A stretch of DNA of 63,700 nucleotides from Octopus sinensis (taxonomy: Eukaryota). The notes beneath the pieces were generated by a model that saw only the letters and a program-made list of their open reading frames with translations, was not told the origin of the DNA and did not search any database. Both the position numbers and the translations under genes were made by a program. Positions 10,672 to 24,220 of this stretch are shown piece by piece; within the stretch, counting starts at the first letter, position 1, and every line of letters starts with the position of its first letter. The stretch is taken from positions 1 to 63,700 of the forward strand of contig NW_021824842.1 in the NCBI RefSeq assembly GCF_006345805.1, written 5' to 3'.

Positions 10672-11180
10672 CATCATCGTTTATGTACGGTTTTCCATGC
10701 TGGCATGGGTTGGACAGTTTGACAGGAGCTGCACCAGGTCCTACAGTCTGTGTTGACATGGTTTCTACAGCTGGATGCCCTTCCTAATGCCAGCCCCTTT
10801 ACAGAGTGTCCTGGGTGCTTTTTACATGGCACCATCACTTGAGCCCCATGCTAGTAGGGTGCCAAGAGCACCATCCGAGCGTGATCATTGCCAGAGCAGC
10901 CAACTGGCTTCCGTGCCAGAGGCACTTAAAAGGGCACCATTCGAGCGTGATCGTTACCAATGTCGCCTTATTGGCACCTGTGCTGGTGGCATGTGTAAAA
11001 AGATTCGAGCGAGGTCGTTGCCAGAGCGGTTGGCGTTAGGAAGGGCATCCAGCTGTAGAAACTCTGCCAAATCAAGATTGGAGCCTGGTGCAGCCATCTG
11101 GTTCGCCAGTCCTCAATCAAAATCGTCCAACCCATGCTAGCATGGAAAGCGGACGTTAAACGACGATGATGATGATGATC
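10672..11180. mobile_element. Two RTE-type 3'-end copies in inverted (head-to-head) orientation
   Basis: 10675-10830 reads CATCATCATCG..TTTTCCATGCTGGCATGGG; 10900-11175 carries the complementary CCCATGCTAGCATGGAAAGCGGACGTTAAACGACGATGATG. Confidence 0.75.
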
Positions 11181-11774
11181 ACCAGTGCTTTTTATGTGGC
11201 ACCATCACCAGTGCCCCTCATGGAAAAGCATTACCAAGGTGGTTTTCATAGTGTTAGGATAGATGGAGGATACAGAGCCCCTGTGAGACAGAGGCTGGTG
11301 TATATATGTGAATGAAAGACTTTATGCCACTTAGTTAGGTGGACCTTTTCTGGATGCATTCTGGGATGTCTGTGTGCACAGCAGCAACTCTGCCCCAGGT
11401 TTGGGAGCAATACACAGTTTGTGGTCCTCACCTGAAGTTTGTAGAGGATCAATAATTCTTGCGGGGTTCAATTTTCTTCTGGTCCTGAAGGGAAGAGTCC
11501 GGCATTGGAATTTGATCCTAGTTATGTTAACCCTTTTATTAACATATTTTTCATTAAAATAGGCTGTTTTTCATCATTATGATCATCATTTAATGTCTGT
11601 TTTCCATACCTGCCTGGGTTGGATGGTTTAACAGGAGCTGACAAGCCATGAGAGCTCCATCAGATCCCATTTGTCTGTTGTGACAGGGTTTCTATGGCTG
11701 GATGCCCTTTCTAATGCCAGCCCCTTTACAGAGTGTACTGGGTGCTTTTTATGTGGTGCTGGAAAATAAATCAT

Positions 11775-12245
11775 CATCATCATCATTGTTTAACGTCCGT
11801 TTTCCATGCTAGCATGGGTTGGACGGTTCGACCGGGGTCTGGGAAGCCAGGAGGCTGCACCAGGCTCCAGTCTGATCTGGCAGTGTTTCTACAGTTGGAT
11901 GCCCTTCCTAACACCAACCACTCCATGAATGTAGTGGGTGCTTTTTACATGCCACCGGCACAGGTGCCAGGGGAGGCTGGCAACGGCCACAATCGCTTGG
12001 TGCTTTTTACGTGCCACCAGCACGGAAGCCAGGCAAGGCGGCACTGGCATCGGCCACGTACGGATGGTACTTTTAACGTGCCACCGGCACAGGTATCACA
12101 ACTACAATTTCCATTTGATTTTTATTTTGACGTTGATGTACTTGACTCAATAGGTCTCCTCAAGCACAGCAGGCCGTCCTGTGATCCAAGGCACTTTGGA
12201 TGGGCTGGGGCTTCTATGTGAAGCTGGTGCAGGAAACAGCCATGA
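11775..12245 (-). mobile_element. RTE-type LINE 3' end with internal 62-bp-type repeats
   Basis: Same (GAT)n-tailed terminus; 2-3 diverged GGTGCTTTTTACGTGCCACC units. Confidence 0.7.
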
Positions 12246-12759
12246 ACTCACGTTATTTATCAGGTAAATATGGAAAATAACGAAGAATTCAGTAAAATTA
12301 CTTTGCCATTATGAAGCTGATGTTTGGGACATAAGCAAACCTGAAATTTTGATGAAGGATTTCAATTTAGGTAACTCTAAGCCCTTAAGTTTTTGTTATA
12401 AAACTAGGGCCGGCCTCAATTGATTTACTATCAAAATTGTTAAGGGTCTGTGTTTGCCAGGAAAGATTCCCAGTGATGGTGAGGCCCATTTGGAACAGTT
12501 GTGAAGGCCCTAGTTATGTGATCCTTATATTTGACCCCTTAGCATTTAACCTAGCTTTGTCAAGTCAAAATATTTTACTTGCTTTATGTTTAAGCTGACC
12601 AGATCTGGCCTTTCACACATAGCCTACAATATCATAGGAAAAATTTTTTAAATCATCTTTTTGAAATTTTCAAGCTGTAAGATAATCTGTGATTAATTCT
12701 AAACAACAGGAATTAATAAGCATTAAATCTGATAAACTAATCTGATAACAAAAGAGTAA

Positions 12760-12886
12760 AATAACTTTATTTACATTATTTACATTTGACGGATATTTGT
12801 CCTCATCTTGTTTGTTGTTAACACAATGTTTCGGCTGATATACCCTCCAGCCTTCATCAGGTGTCTCAGGGAAATTTCGAACCTGG
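12760..12886 (-). mobile_element. Short repeat family H1 with minimal hammerhead-like motif (12821-12864)
   Basis: Minus strand: ACAC CTGATGA A GGCTG gagggtatat CAGCC GAAAC ATT GTGT; second copy at 42456-42499. Confidence 0.7.
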
Positions 12887-13470
12887 CATATGGGGTAGTG
12901 GTTAAGAGCTTGGGCTGCTAACCCCAAGATTCTAAGTTCGATTCCAGGCTGTTACCTGAATAATAATAATAATAATAATAACAAAAGATGGGCTACAGCA
13001 AATATTCTGCTCAATACCACAGATTTGCTTGTCGGTTGTTTGACCTTAACCAGTTGAGCATGTCCCTTAGTGGCTGACGATATGTTCATCTTTGATCACG
13101 AGCAGAAGTAGTGGGGGAGCATCATAGCCATGTGTTGAAAGGAATTCTCTAGGGTTTGAATAATTCCCCTTTGGAAACATGGGTGTTTCGTTCAACATCC
13201 TTAAACAACCCTTATTCAGGGACCTTTTGAGCCGGATGGGTTACTCAACCCGAAGAAAATTCTAACTGGGCCCCACCTGCAAGGTCATGTGCTGTTTATC
13301 TTGATATGAGATCACCATGTCGCACACATATGGTTGTGATGCATGTGCCTAGTGTACCCTTATCAGACAGGTAGTCATGATGGGTATACTGGGCTTCGTA
13401 TATTTTACCCCAGTGTCACTTTGATGGCATGAACTGCTCTCTCACTCAATAATAATAATAATAATAATAA
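12887..13470 (+). mobile_element. tRNA-headed SINE-like element with (AAT)n tracts
   Basis: GTAGTGGTTAAGAGC (A box), CTTGGG-ctgctaac-CCCAAG anticodon-like hairpin, AGTTCGATTCC (B box); ends CTCTCACTC(AAT)n. Confidence 0.55.
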
Positions 13471-13776
13471 CAACAACAGTGAAAAATACCTTAGGAATGA
13501 GAACCCAGGTTCGAAATTTCCCCAAGTCATGTCTTAAGTAAAATGGCTTCCAGGCTGGTGACCTTTGCTCAAATGAGGACCTCAGTGTCTGTTATGTAAT
13601 TGCTCCAGTAGATGTTGAGGATGGTATGATACATATTAGTAAGGGCATCCAGCCGTAGAAACACTGCCAGATCAGACTGGGCCTGATGCAGCCTTCTGGC
13701 TTCACAGACCCCGGTTGAACCGTCCAACCCATGCTAGCATGGAAAGCGGACGTTAAACGATGATGATGATGATGAT

Positions 13777-13810
<34 letters not shown>

Positions 13811-14089
13811 AATATTAGGGAATAAATCCAAATTTACAGGGAAAAAATCAGATTTAGGATTAAATCCAATTTTATAGTAAAATATTATATAATATTATTA
13901 GAGACAAAACCACTATTTTGCAAAACAAACAAGGAAAGACTTAATCAATACATAAAATTTTAATAAAAAGTCAAAAAATATATATATATCGACACGTAGG
14001 GAAACACATGCAGAGAGAAACATACACACACACATACATATATGAGCACATTTGGACACTCAAACACATTAACACATACATGCAAACAG

Positions 14090-16985
14090 GCACAAAGACA
14101 AACAGACACACACACACACACAGACATACACAAACAGACACACACACACACACAGACACACACAAACAGACACACACACACACACAGACACACACAAACA
14201 GACACACACACACACACAGACATACACAAACAGACACACCACACACAACACAGACATACACAACAGACACACACACACACACAGACATACACAAACAGAC
14301 ACACACACAGACACACACAAACAGACACACACACACACACAGACACACACAAACAGACACACACACACACACAGACACACACAAACAGACACACACACAC
14401 ACACAGACATACACAAACAGACACACACACACACACAGACATACACAAACAGACACACACACACACACAGACATACACAAACAGACACACACACACACAC
14501 AGACACACAAACAGACACACACACACACACACAGACACACACAAACAGACACACACACACACACAGACACACACAAACAGACACACACACACACACAGAC
14601 ATACACAAACAGACACACACACACACACAGACATACACAAACAGACACACACACACACACAGACATACACAAACAGACACACACACACACACAGACATAC
14701 ACAAACAGACACACACACACACACACAGACTCACACAAACAGACACACACAACACACACAGACATACACAAACAGACACACCCACACCACACAGACATAC
14801 ACAAACAGACACACACACACACCAGACACACACAACAGACACACACACACACACAGACATACACAAACAGACACACACACACACACAGACACACACAAAC
14901 CGACACACAACACACACAGACATACACAAACAGACACCACACACACACAGACATACACAAACAGACACACACGCACACACGACATACACAAACAGACACA
15001 CACACACACACAGACTCACACAAACAGACACACCACACAACACAGACATACACAAACAGACACACACACACACACAGACATACACAAAAGACACACACAC
15101 ACACACAGACATACACAAACAGACACACACACACACACAGACACACACAAACAGACACACACCACACACACAGACACACACAAACAGACACACACACACA
15201 CACAGACATACACAAACAGACACACACACACACACAGACATACACAAACAGACACACACACACACAGACACACACAAACAGACACACACACAACACAGAC
15301 ATACACAAACAGACACACACACACACCACAGACATACACAAACAGACACACCACACACACACAGACATACACAAACAGACACACACACACACACAGACAT
15401 ACACAAACAGACACACAACACACACAGACACACACAAACAGACACACACACACACAGACATACACAAACAGACACACACACAACACACACACACACAAAC
15501 AGACACACACACACACACAGACACACACAAACAGACACACACACACACAGACATACACAAACAGACACACACACACACACAGACATACACAAACAGACAC
15601 ACACACACACACAGACATACACAAACAGACACACACACACACACAGACACACACAAACAGACACACACACACACACAGACATACACAAACAGACACACAC
15701 ACACACACAGACATACACAAACAGACACACACACACACACAGACATACACAAACAGACACACACACACACACAGACACACACAAACAGACACACACACAC
15801 ACACACAGACATACACCAACACAGACACACACACACACAAGACATACACAAACAGACACACACACACACACAGACATACACAAACAGACACACACACACA
15901 CACAGACATACACAAACAGACACACACACAACACAGACACACACAAACAGACACACACACACACACGACATAACAAACAGACACACACACACACACAGAC
16001 TCACACAAACAGACACACCACACACACAGACATACACAAACAGACACACACACACACACAGACACACACAAACAGACACACACACACACACAGACACACA
16101 CAAACAGACACACACACACACACAGACATACACCAACAGACACACAAACACACACAGACAACAAACAGACACACAACACACACAGACATACACAAACAGA
16201 CACACACACACACACACAGACATACACAAACAGACACACACACACACACAGACATACACAAACAGACACACACACACACACAGACACACAAACAGACACA
16301 CACACACACACACAGACACACACAAACAGACACCACACACACACACAGACAACACACACAACACAGACACACACACACACACACAGACATACACAAACAG
16401 ACACACACACACACACAGACACACACAAACAGACACACACACACACACACAGACACACACAAACAGACACACACACACACACAGACATACACAAACAGAC
16501 CACACCACACACACAGACATACACAAACAGACACACACACACACACAGACACACACAAACAGACACACACACACACACAGACATACACAAACAGACACAC
16601 ACACACACACAGACACACACAAACAGACACACACACACACAGACACACACAAACAGACACACACACACACACAGACATACACAAACAGACACACACACAC
16701 ACACAGACACACACAAACAGACACACACACACACACAGACATACACAAACAGACACAACACACACACAAGACACAACAAAAAGACACACACACACACACA
16801 CACACAGACAACACAAACAGACACACACAACACACAGACACACACAAACAGACACACACACACACACAGACATACACAACAGACACACACACACCACAGA
16901 CATACACAAACAGACACACACACACACACAGACACACACAAACAGACACACACAACACACACACACATACACTCAGACACAAAGT
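14090..16985. repeat. About 2.9-kb CA-rich minisatellite, unit about 30 bp (CACACACACACACAGACA(T/C)ACACAAACAGA)
   Basis: Direct reading; source of the 600-1000 aa Cys/Val and His/Thr pseudo-ORFs. Confidence 0.95.
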
Positions 16986-17408
16986 CTAACACACACGCAC
17001 ATATATAAACAACATACACACACACACATACTCTCAGATACAAAGTCTATCATACGCGTACACACACACACACATAAGCAGACACACACATACGTACATA
17101 CACAAACACACATACATAAACAAACTTACATGCACACACACACACACACACACAAATGCAAAGACACACACACATACAAACACATACACACTAGCACACC
17201 CACAAATACACACACACACAAAGAGAATCACATACACCTACACGCCCACCCATCCTTTACCCCCACACCCTGTGACTAAACCCATGAGCAGAGAGGTGTG
17301 GTATCCCTCCTCATTATCATACCACAACAGTAACTCAACTGGAACGCAAAGGTCACACTTTCTAATCCTTCACAGATAAACTTTATATACATGAAATAGA
17401 GGCAGGCG

Positions 17409-20400
17409 TGGCTGTGTGGTAAGTAGCTTGCTTCCCGACCACACGGTTCCGGGTTCAGTCCTACTGCGTGGCACCTTGAGCAAGTGTCTTCTACTATAGC
17501 CCCGGGCCGACCAATGCCTTGTGAGTGGATTTGGTAGATGGAAACTGAAAGAAGCCATCGTAAATGGCTGTGTGGTAAGTAGCTTGCTAACCAACCACAT
17601 GGTTCCGGGTTCAGTCCCACTGCGTGGAACCTTGGGCAAGTGTCTTCTGCTATAGCCGCGGGCCGACCAATGCCTTGTGAGTGGATTTGGTAGATGGAAA
17701 CTGAAAGAAGCCATCGTAAATGGCTGTGTGGTAAGTAGCTTGCTAACCAACCACATGGTTCCGGGTTCAGTCCCACTGCGTGGCATCTTGGGCAAGTGTC
17801 TTCTACTATAGCCCTGGACCACTGAAACCTTGTGAGTGGATTTGGTAGATGGAAACTGAAAGAAGCCATCGAAATGGCTGTGTGGTAAGTAGCTTGCTAA
17901 CCACCACATGGTTCCGGGTTCAGTCCCACTGCGTGGAACCTTGGGCAAGTGTCTTCTGCTATAGCCCGCCCCGGGCCGACCAATGCCTTGTGAGTGGATT
18001 TGGTAGATGGAAACTGAAAGAAGCCATCGTAAATGGCTGTGTGGTAAGTAGCTTGCTAACCAACCACATGGTTCCAGGTTCAGTCCCACTGCGTGGAACC
18101 TTGGGCAAGTGTCTTCTGCTATAGCCCCGGGCCAACCATGCCTTGTGAGTGGATTTGTAGATGGAAACTGAAAGAAGGCATCGTAAATGGCTGTGTGGTA
18201 AGTAGCTTGCTAACCAACCACATGGTTCCGGGTTCAGTCCCACTGCGTAGCATCTTGGGCAAGTGTCTTCTACTATAGCCCTGGGACCACTGAAACCTTG
18301 TGAGTGGATTTGGTAGATGGAAACTGAAAGAAGCCATCGTAAATGGCTGTGTGGTAAGTAGCTTGCTAACCAACCACATGGTTCCGGGTTCAGTCCCACT
18401 GCGTGGAACCTTGGGCAAGTGTCTTCTGCTATAGCCGCGGGCCGACCAATGCCTTGTGAGTGGATTTGGTAGATGGAAACTGAAAGAAGCCATCGTAAAT
18501 GGCTGTGTGGTAAGTAGCTTGCTAACCAACCACATGGTTCCGGGTTCAGTCCCACTGCGTGGCATCTTGGGCAAGTGTCTTCTGCTATAGCCCCGGGCCG
18601 ACCAATGCCTTGTGAGTGGATTTGGTAGATGGAAACTGAAAGAAGCCATCGTAAATGGCTGTGTGGTAAGTAGCTTGCTAACCAACCACATGGTTCCGGG
18701 TTCAGTCCCACTGCGTGGCATCTTGGGCAAGTGTCTTCTACTATAGCCCTGGGACCACTGAAACCTTGTGAGTGGATTTGGTAGATGGAAACTGAAAGAA
18801 GCCATCGTAAATGGCTGTGTGGTAAGTAGCTTGCTAACCAACCACATGGTTCCGGGTTCAGTCCCACTGCGTGGCATCTTGGGCAAGTGTCTTCTACTAT
18901 AGCCCTGGGACCACTGAAACCTTGTGAGTGGATTTGGTAGATGGAAACTGAAAGAAGCCATCGTAAATGGCTGTGTAGTAAGTAGCTTGCTAACCAACCA
19001 CATGGTTCCGGGTTCAGTCCCACTGCGTGGCATCTTGGGCAAGTGTCTTCTACTATAGCCCTGGGACCACTGAAACCTTGTGAGTGGATTTGGTAGATGG
19101 AAACTGAAAGAAGCCATCGTAAATGGCTGTGTGGTAAGTAGCTTGCTAACCAACCACATGGTTCCGGGTTCAGTCCCACTGCGTGGAACCTTGGGCAAGT
19201 GTCTTCTGCTATAGCCGTGGGCCGACCAATGCCTTGTGAGTGGATTTGGTAGATGGAAACTGAAAGAAGCCATCGTAAATGGCTGTGTGGTAAGTAGCTT
19301 GCTAACCAACCACATGGTTCCAGGTTCAGTCCCACTGCGTGGAACCTTGGGCAAGTGTCTTCTGCTATAGCCCCGGGCCAACCAATGCCTTGTGAGTGGA
19401 TTTGGTAGATGGAAACTGAAAGAAGCCATCGTAAATGGCTGTGTGGTAAGTAGCTTGCTAACCAACCACATGGTTCCGGGTTCAGTCCCCCTGCGTGGCA
19501 TCTTGGGCAAGTGTCTTCTACTATAGCCCTGGGACCACTGAAACCTTGTGAGTGGATTTGGTAGATGGAAACTGAAAGAAGCCACCGTAAATGGCTGTGT
19601 GGTAAGTAGCTTGCTAACCAACCACATGGTTCCGGGTTCAGTCCCACTGCGTGGCACCTTGGGCAAGTGTCTTCTGCTATAGCCGCGGGCCGACCAATGC
19701 CTTGTGAGTGGATTTGGTAGATGGAAACTGAAAGAAGCTATCGTAAATGGCTGTGTGGTAAGTAGCTTGCTAACCAACCACATGGTTCCGGGTTCAGTCC
19801 CACTGCGTGGAACCTTGGGCAAGTGTCTTCTGCTATAGCCGCGGGCCGACCAATGCCTTGTGAGTGGATTTGGTAGATGGAAACTGAAAGAAGCCATCGT
19901 AAATGGCTGTGTGTAAGTAGCTTGCTAACCAACCACATGGTTCCGGGTTCAGTCCACTGCGTGGAACCTTGGGCAAGTGTCTTCTGCTATAGCCGCGGGC
20001 CGACCAATGCCTTGTGAGTGGATTTGGTAGATGGAAACTGAAAGAAGCCATCGTAAATGGCTGTGTGGTAAGTAGCTTGCTAACCAACCACATGGTTCCA
20101 GGTTCAGTCCCACTGCGTGGAACCTTGGGCAAGTGTCTTCTGCTATAGCCCCGGGCCAACCAATGCCTTGTGAGTGGATTTGGTAGATGGAAACTGAAAG
20201 AAGCCATCGTAAATGGCTGTGTGGTAAGTAGCTTGCTAACCAACCACATGGTTCCGGGTTCAGTCCCACTGCGTGGCATCTTGGGCAAGTGTCTTCTACT
20301 ATAGCCCTGGGACCACTGAAACCTTGTGAGTGGATTTGGTAGATGGAAACTGAAAGAAGCCACCGTAAATGGCTGTGTGGTAAGTAGCTTGCTAACCAAC

Positions 20401-20830
20401 CACATGGTTCCGGGTTCAGTCCCACTGCGTGGAACCTTGGGCAAGTGTCTTCTGCTATAGCCGCGGCCGACCAATGCCTTGTGAGTGGATTTGGTAGATG
20501 GAAACTGAAAGAAGCCATCGTAATGGCTGTGTGGTAAGTAGCTTGCTAACCAACCACATGGTTCCGGGTTCAGTCCCACTGCGTGGAACCTTGGGCAAGT
20601 GTCTTCTGCTATAGCCCCGGGCCGACCACTGCCTTGTGAGTGGATTTGGTAGATGAAACTGAAAGAAGCCATCGTAAATGGCTGTGTGGTAAGTAGCTTG
20701 CTAACCAACCACATGGTTCCGGGTTCAGTCCCACTGCGTGGAACCTTGGGCAAGTGTCTTCTGCTATAGCCCCGGGCCGACCAATGCCTTGTGAGTGGAT
20801 TTGGTAGACGGAAACTGAAAGAAGCCTGTC
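17409..20830 (+). repeat. Tandem array of 22 x 156-bp units made of the 5' half of SINE family A
   Basis: GGCTGTGTGGTAAG recurs at 17409, 17566, 17722 ... 18345, 18501, 18657 ... 20525, 20680 (modal period 156). The last unit continues into the normal (TA)n and SINE tail to about 21075. Confidence 0.95.
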
Positions 20831-20833
20831 GTA

Positions 20834-20884
<51 letters not shown>

Positions 20885-21072
20885 ATGTGTGTGTGTTTGT
20901 GTGTCTGTGTTTGTCCCCCTAGCATTGCATGACAACCGATACTGGTGTGTTTACGTCCCCGTTACTTAGCAGTTCGGCAAAAGAGACCGATTGAATAAGT
21001 TCTGGGGTCGATTTGCTCGACTAAAGGCAGTGCTCCAGCATGGCCGCAGTCAAATGACTAAAACAAGTAAAA

Positions 21073-21120
<48 letters not shown>

Positions 21121-21729
21121 GGCTTCTTTCAGTTTCCGTCTACCAAATCCACTCACAAGGCCTTGGTCAGCCCAAGGGTTATAGCAGAAGTCACCTGCCC
21201 AAGGTGCCACGCAGTGTGAATGAACCCGGAACCATGTGGTTGGGAAGCAAGCTACTTACCATACAGTTACTCCTATATACATAGATGCAGGTATGGCTGT
21301 GTGGTAAGTAGCTTGCTTACCAACCACATGGTTCCGGGTTCAATCCCACTGTGTGGTACCTTGGGCAAGTAAGTGTCTTCTGCTGTAGCCCTTGGCTGGC
21401 CAAGGCCGCATGAATGGATTTGGTAGAAGGAAACTAAAAGAAGCCTGTTACATATATAATGTGTGTGTGTGCTTGTCTTTTCTGTGTGTCTGTGTGTCCT
21501 CAAAACCACTGAAAGATCTCTGCTACATAAAGTAATACAACTATGTAATTGTTATTGTTGTGGCTGTGGTGGTAGTGGTGCTGTAGTTGTGGTGGTAGCG
21601 GCTTAAAGAGTATGTGTGTTTTGTTTGTCTGTCTGTGTGTCTGTCTAGTTGGCCAGTTGGCCGGTGTGTTGGTTGGCTGGCTGGTTGTCATGTGAGTCAG
21701 TGGGTGTCATCCATCATATGACAATGACC

Positions 21730-22250
21730 AACAGGTGTGGTATGCAATTATGATGGTGGTGGTGGTGGTGGTGGTGGTGGTATTGGTGGTGATGGTGGTG
21801 GTGGTGATTAGTGGTTGTGGTACTAGTGGTGGTAGTGGTTGAGGTGGTGATGGTAGTGGTGGTAGTGGTGATGGAGGTGACAGTGGTGGTGATGGTAGTG
21901 GTGGTGGTTGAGATGGTGATGGTGGTGGTGATGATAGTTGTGGTGGTAGTGGTAACAATGATAGTGGTGGTGATGGTAGTATTGGTGGTGATGGTGGTGG
22001 TGGTGGTGATTGGTGGTTGTGGTACTAGTGGTGGTGATGGAGGTGACAGTGGTGGTAGTGGTTGAGGTGGTGATGGTAGTGGTGGTGGTGGTTGAGGTGG
22101 TGATGGTAGTGGTGGTGGTTGTAGTAGTAGTGGTGATGGTGGTTGAGATGGTGATGGTGGTGGTGGAGGTGATAGTTGTGGTGGTAGTGGTAACAATGAT
22201 AGTGGTGGTGGTGGTATCGGCAGTGATGGTGGTGCTAGTTGTTGTTGTTG
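21730..22250. repeat. (GGT)n-rich degenerate trinucleotide tract
   Basis: Direct reading. Confidence 0.9.
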
Positions 22251-23387
22251 ATGTTAATAAGGTCAGCTCTGATGCAAGGTTATTCCATCCAAGACCATCC
22301 CATCTAAGTTCATCCTGTATATAATGCATATGCTGTCTTAATCTTTTTTAAGAATGCTTGTTGGGTGTGGGAAGGGCATTTAGCTGCTATTTCTAGCTGG
22401 AGCCAAAGATAGTGATGACGACAACGACGCCGATAATGACGATGGTGATGATGTTGATGATGGCGATGGTAATGATGATGACGACGATGATGATGGCCGG
22501 TTCTGTTGACCTTTCATTAAAGACTTTCTAGCTGTGACCCTTCCAACTTCCTTCACACACACACACTACACCCCTCTCCCAGTAATACCACCAAAAGTAC
22601 ACACACACACACACATGCATGCACACACAATATGCTCATACACACACATACTGTGCCAACACACACACACACACGCATTCTCTTATTCTCTTACACGTTT
22701 CAATCATTCGACTGTGACCATGCTGGAGCAATGCCTTACACGGTTTCCAATCAAAGAAATGAACCCTGGGACTTATTCTTTGTAAGCCCAGTACTCATTC
22801 TATCGGCCTCCTTTTGCCGAACAGCTAAGTACTAGGCTTACAAAGAATAAGTCCTGGGGTCGATTTGTTCGACTAAAGGCGGTGCTCCAGCATGGCTGCA
22901 AACAAATTACAGAAACAAGTAAAAGCATAAAAGAATATATATACGACGGGCTTCTTTCAGTTTCCATCTACCAAATCCCTTCGCAAGTCTTTGGTTGCCC
23001 CGAGGCTGTAGTAGAAGACACTTGGCCATGGAGCCATGCAGTGGGACTGAACCCGGAACCGTGTGGTTGGGAAGCAAGTTTCTTACCACAGGGCCACACC
23101 TGTGCAAAACATCACACTATATGTATACACACATGTGTAAGTGCTATCAACTATATATACATACACAAACGCACACAGACACTGCCATCAACACTACGCA
23201 CACATCCACCTGTGTATATACTATAGTGTCACACATGCACACACACGTGTGTCATATTCTGTGTCACGTTGAATCTCCCTGAGAACTACGTTAAAGGTAC
23301 GCATGTCTGTGGTGTACTCAACCACTTGCACGTTAATTTCACGAGCAGGCTGTTCTGTTGATGGGGTCGACTGGAACCCTTGTGTCA

Positions 23388-24220
23388 TCCTCATCATCGT
23401 TTAACGTCCGCTTTCCATGCTGGCATGGGTTGGACGGTTCAACTGGGGTCTGGGGAGCCAGTTGGCTGCACCAGGCTCCAGTCTGATCTGGCAATGTTTC
23501 TACGGCTGGATGCCCTTCCTAACGCCAACCACTCCGTGAGTGTTGTGGGTGCTTTTTACGTGCCCCCTGCACAGGTGCCAGACGAGGCTGGCAAATGGCC
23601 ACGATCGGATGGTGCTTTTAACGTGCCACCAGCAAGGGGCCAGACAAGGCTGGCAAACAGCGACGATCAGATGGTGCTTTTTACGTGCCACCAGCTCAGA
23701 AGCTGGTCAAGGTGGTGCTAGCATTGGCCACGTTCGGATGGTGCTTTTTACGTGCCACCTGCACAGGTGCCAGACAAGGCTGGTAACGGCCACGATCGGA
23801 TGGTGCTTTTTACGTGCCACCAGCACAGGTGCCAGACAAGGCTGGTAACGGCCACGATCGGATGGTGCTTTTTACGTGCCACCAGCACAGGTGCCAGACA
23901 AGGCTGGTAACGGCCACGATCGGATGGTGCTTTTTACGTGCCACCAGCACAGGTGCCAGACAAGGCTGGTAACGGCCACGATCGGATGGTGCTTTTTACG
24001 TGCCACCAGCACAGGTGCCAGACAAGGCTGGTAACGGCCACGATCGGATGGTGCTTTTTACGTGCCACCAGCACAGGTGCCAGACAAGGCTGGTAACGGC
24101 CACGATCGGATGGTGCTTTTTACGTGCCACCAGCACAGGTGCCAGACAAGGCTGGTAACGGCCACAATCAGATGGTGTATTTTACATGCCACCGGCACGG
24201 AGGCCAGTCAGGGCGGCGCT
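23388..24220 (-). mobile_element. RTE-type 3'-end element with an internal 62-bp VNTR (about 7 near-identical plus 3-4 diverged units)
   Basis: CACGATCGGATGGTGCTTTTTACGTGCCACCAGCACAGGTGCCAGACAAGGCTGGTAACGGC at 23791, 23853, 23915, 23977, 24039, 24101, 24163. Confidence 0.85.

Noticed and set aside
12887-12950. tRNA-Ser(GCT)-like gene, and the other tRNA-like heads
   Set aside because: No complete acceptor stem and each continues into a repeat body; these are SINE heads, not functional tRNA genes.
13960-17043. ORFs of 600-1000 aa (Cys/Val or His/Thr rich)
   Set aside because: Translations of a CA-rich minisatellite, open in most frames on both strands; the same applies to the other microsatellite ORFs.
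17959-19897. 562- and 592-aa repetitive ORFs
   Set aside because: They arise because the SINE-derived unit is 156 bp (52 codons) and lacks stops in two frames; no protein homology is evident.
23791-24200. CRISPR-like appearance of the regular arrays (62, 156 and 184 bp)
   Set aside because: Units are contiguous near-identical repeats with no unique spacers, in a eukaryotic context with no cas genes.
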